Shown: positions 62,885 to 64,000 of the stretch, piece by piece
Numbering within the stretch: the first letter of the stretch is position 1
How the letters are laid out: every line of letters begins with the position of its first letter
Sequence record: OQ420740.1
Source of the DNA: Escherichia phage B9-1
Length of the DNA: 64,000 bases
Strand: one strand, 5' to 3'
Notes under the pieces: model-generated
What the model was told of the DNA's origin: nothing
Database searches by the model: none
Seen by the model: the letters and a program-made list of their open reading frames with translations, nothing else
Made by a program: the position numbers and the translations under genes

Positions 62885-63154
62885 TTACTCTTCTACAACC
62901 TCATACACATCCGGAGTTACAATCAACTCCTCTCCATTACCCGGAGCAACAAACACTACCAAACCTTCCGGTGTGTGCTTTTTAGCCATCTCGATGACAT
63001 CTTCTCGCAGAGCTGGCTCCATCAGATCAAAACCTTCACCCAGGGCATCACGAACCACCTTCATGTAGTCAACTGGTTGTGCTTCAACGATCATGCCTTC
63101 AACCAGTCCACAGTTTTTGTCTGCCAGCTCAGTTTGGAATAATTTAATTTTCAT
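62885..63154 (-). CDS. small acidic protein, paralog of 61459..61716
   Basis: 89 aa, SD GGAGA. Confidence 0.55.
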   Translation of the reverse strand: MKIKLFQTELADKNCGLVEGMIVEAQPVDYMKVVRDALGEGFDLMEPALREDVIEMAKKHTPEGLVVFVAPGNGEELIVTPDVYEVVEE

Positions 63155-63180
63155 TTAGAGGTCTCCTCAATTATTTGATA

Positions 63181-63282
63181 TTAATAGCCGTAACCTAACA
63201 CATTAACTACAACTGCGATTGCAAACATAATTTCAAAGCATGCAATCTCTACATTTGGGATTAATTTCTTAATCGTGCCCAT
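63181..63282 (-). CDS. putative hydrophobic micro-protein (33 aa)
   Basis: ATG after SD GAGGTG, directly downstream of the HPF-like gene; MGTIKKLIPNVEIACFEIMFAIAVVVNVLGYGY. Confidence 0.3.
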   Translation of the reverse strand: MGTIKKLIPNVEIACFEIMFAIAVVVNVLGYGY

Positions 63283-63297
63283 TGTAGCACCTCAATC

Positions 63298-63609
63298 TCA
63301 AAAGTCAATCTTTACTTTGCCTTTTCCCTTACCTTTCTTTCCACCACACTTAGCCAACTGGCGTGCTGCAACATCTACCATACGGTCAGTTGCCTCGTAA
63401 GCATCACTACCTTTAGCTTTGGCGATAACTTCTTTTCCAGAAGTGTCAAAAATGAAAGCCATAACTTCCTGGTGATCATTTTCAACTTTTACACTCACAC
63501 GTGCATAGTTGGCAGAGGGGTGCAAACGCTCCAGCTTGGACATTTTGTTGGAAATGAAAGACACCATACCTTCAGTGATCTCTACGTTGCCAGTGATTTC
63601 AATTTGCAT
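63298..63609 (-). CDS. hpf: ribosome hibernation promoting factor homolog (HPF / RaiA / YfiA family)
   Basis: 103 aa; N-terminus MQIEITGNVEITEGMVSFISNKMSKLERL closely follows the bacterial HPF consensus MQLNITGHNVEITEALREFVTAKFAKLEQ; family-typical length; Lys/Gly-rich C-terminal tail. Confidence 0.7.
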   Translation of the reverse strand: MQIEITGNVEITEGMVSFISNKMSKLERLHPSANYARVSVKVENDHQEVMAFIFDTSGKEVIAKAKGSDAYEATDRMVDVAARQLAKCGGKKGKGKGKVKIDF

Positions 63610-63627
63610 AATGTGTTCCTTTTAAAG

Positions 63628-63647
63628 AAGAGGGACCAACCCCTCTT
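63628..63647 (-). other. 5' leader stem-loop of the HPF-like gene
   Basis: Minus strand AAGAGGG-GTTGGT-CCCTCTT (7-bp stem) between the promoter and SD AAAGGAA. Confidence 0.4.
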
Positions 63648-63655
63648 TGAAAACA

Positions 63656-63684
63656 ATGATACTAAATCTGAAGCGTTGTGTCAA
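63656..63684 (-). promoter_or_regulatory. sigma70-like promoter (minus strand) for the HPF-like gene
   Basis: Minus strand TTGACA (63684..63679), 17-bp spacer, TATCAT (63661..63656). Confidence 0.5.
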
Positions 63685-63690
63685 CAGTTT

Positions 63691-63981
63691 TTACAACTTG
63701 TTGTCGATAGTTTTTAAAATATCTACTGCAAGATCTGCCATTTTACGAACATACTCTGCAAACTCAACAGGATCCTTGATCAATGAGTTCACAGGGTCAT
63801 ACCCTAAAGCGTTTAAAATGGCTACAGCATCCACGACCTTCTCATCATTTGCGAAGATCTCACCGTCAAACTTGTAGGTCCATTTTGAGTCAATCTTGAC
63901 ATCGCAGGATTGGTCCATGCTTATTACACCATCTTTTTTAAACGATCCGGTGTTATCAGCGTCCAAAACTAAATCCATCAT
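63691..63981 (-). CDS. hypothetical small acidic protein
   Basis: 96 aa ORF whose start lies 20 nt from the window edge. Confidence 0.5.
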   Translation of the reverse strand: MMDLVLDADNTGSFKKDGVISMDQSCDVKIDSKWTYKFDGEIFANDEKVVDAVAILNALGYDPVNSLIKDPVEFAEYVRKMADLAVDILKTIDNKL

Positions 63982-64000
63982 GTAAGCACCCCACTATTTC

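Overview
The window reads as one contiguous stretch of a virulent tailed-phage (Caudoviricetes) genome; no integrase, repressor, tRNA, rRNA or CRISPR array was found. All calls rest on reading the six-frame track and the sequence by eye: no database search, RNA folding or alignment was run, and coordinates of promoters, hairpins and repeats are approximate (+/-2 nt). Layout: (1) 1-11710, rightward host-recognition module with a 5'-truncated ORF, two paralogous tail-fibre genes, a Tfa-type chaperone, a beta-repeat fibre/spike-like protein and a 1878-aa protein with a Big_2 Ig-like domain. (2) 11758-18722, leftward operon with a HAD-type phosphatase, Cys-rich proteins, 4-5 tandem small paralogs and a metallopeptidase-like + vWA fusion protein. 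(3) 18865-44721, rightward block with small unknown genes, a MoxR-type AAA+ ATPase, a secreted SleB-like cell-wall hydrolase, a GHKL ATPase (rIIA-like) with partner, a Dda-like helicase, a beta-class DNA methyltransferase, a minimal C5-methyltransferase-like protein, a TOPRIM primase-helicase, a family-A DNA polymerase, a protein ending in the E. coli SSB tip ...DDDIPF, and a macro-domain protein. (4) 44760-45650, repeat-rich non-coding region. (5) 45700-55412, dense rightward array of about 30 small genes, most with their own sigma70-type promoter, GC-rich 5' stem-loop and A-rich leader. (6) 55460-57860, a 2.4-kb AT-rich non-coding region with direct repeats, iterons and a 28-bp palindrome, where the two gene blocks converge. 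(7) 57867-63981, leftward block of small acidic proteins including a ribosome-hibernation-factor (HPF) homolog. Most noteworthy: the phage-encoded HPF, the macro-domain protein, the SSB-tip-bearing protein, the split MoxR/vWA module, the duplicated promoter-hairpin cassettes, and the two repeat-rich non-coding regions (candidate origin or genome terminus).
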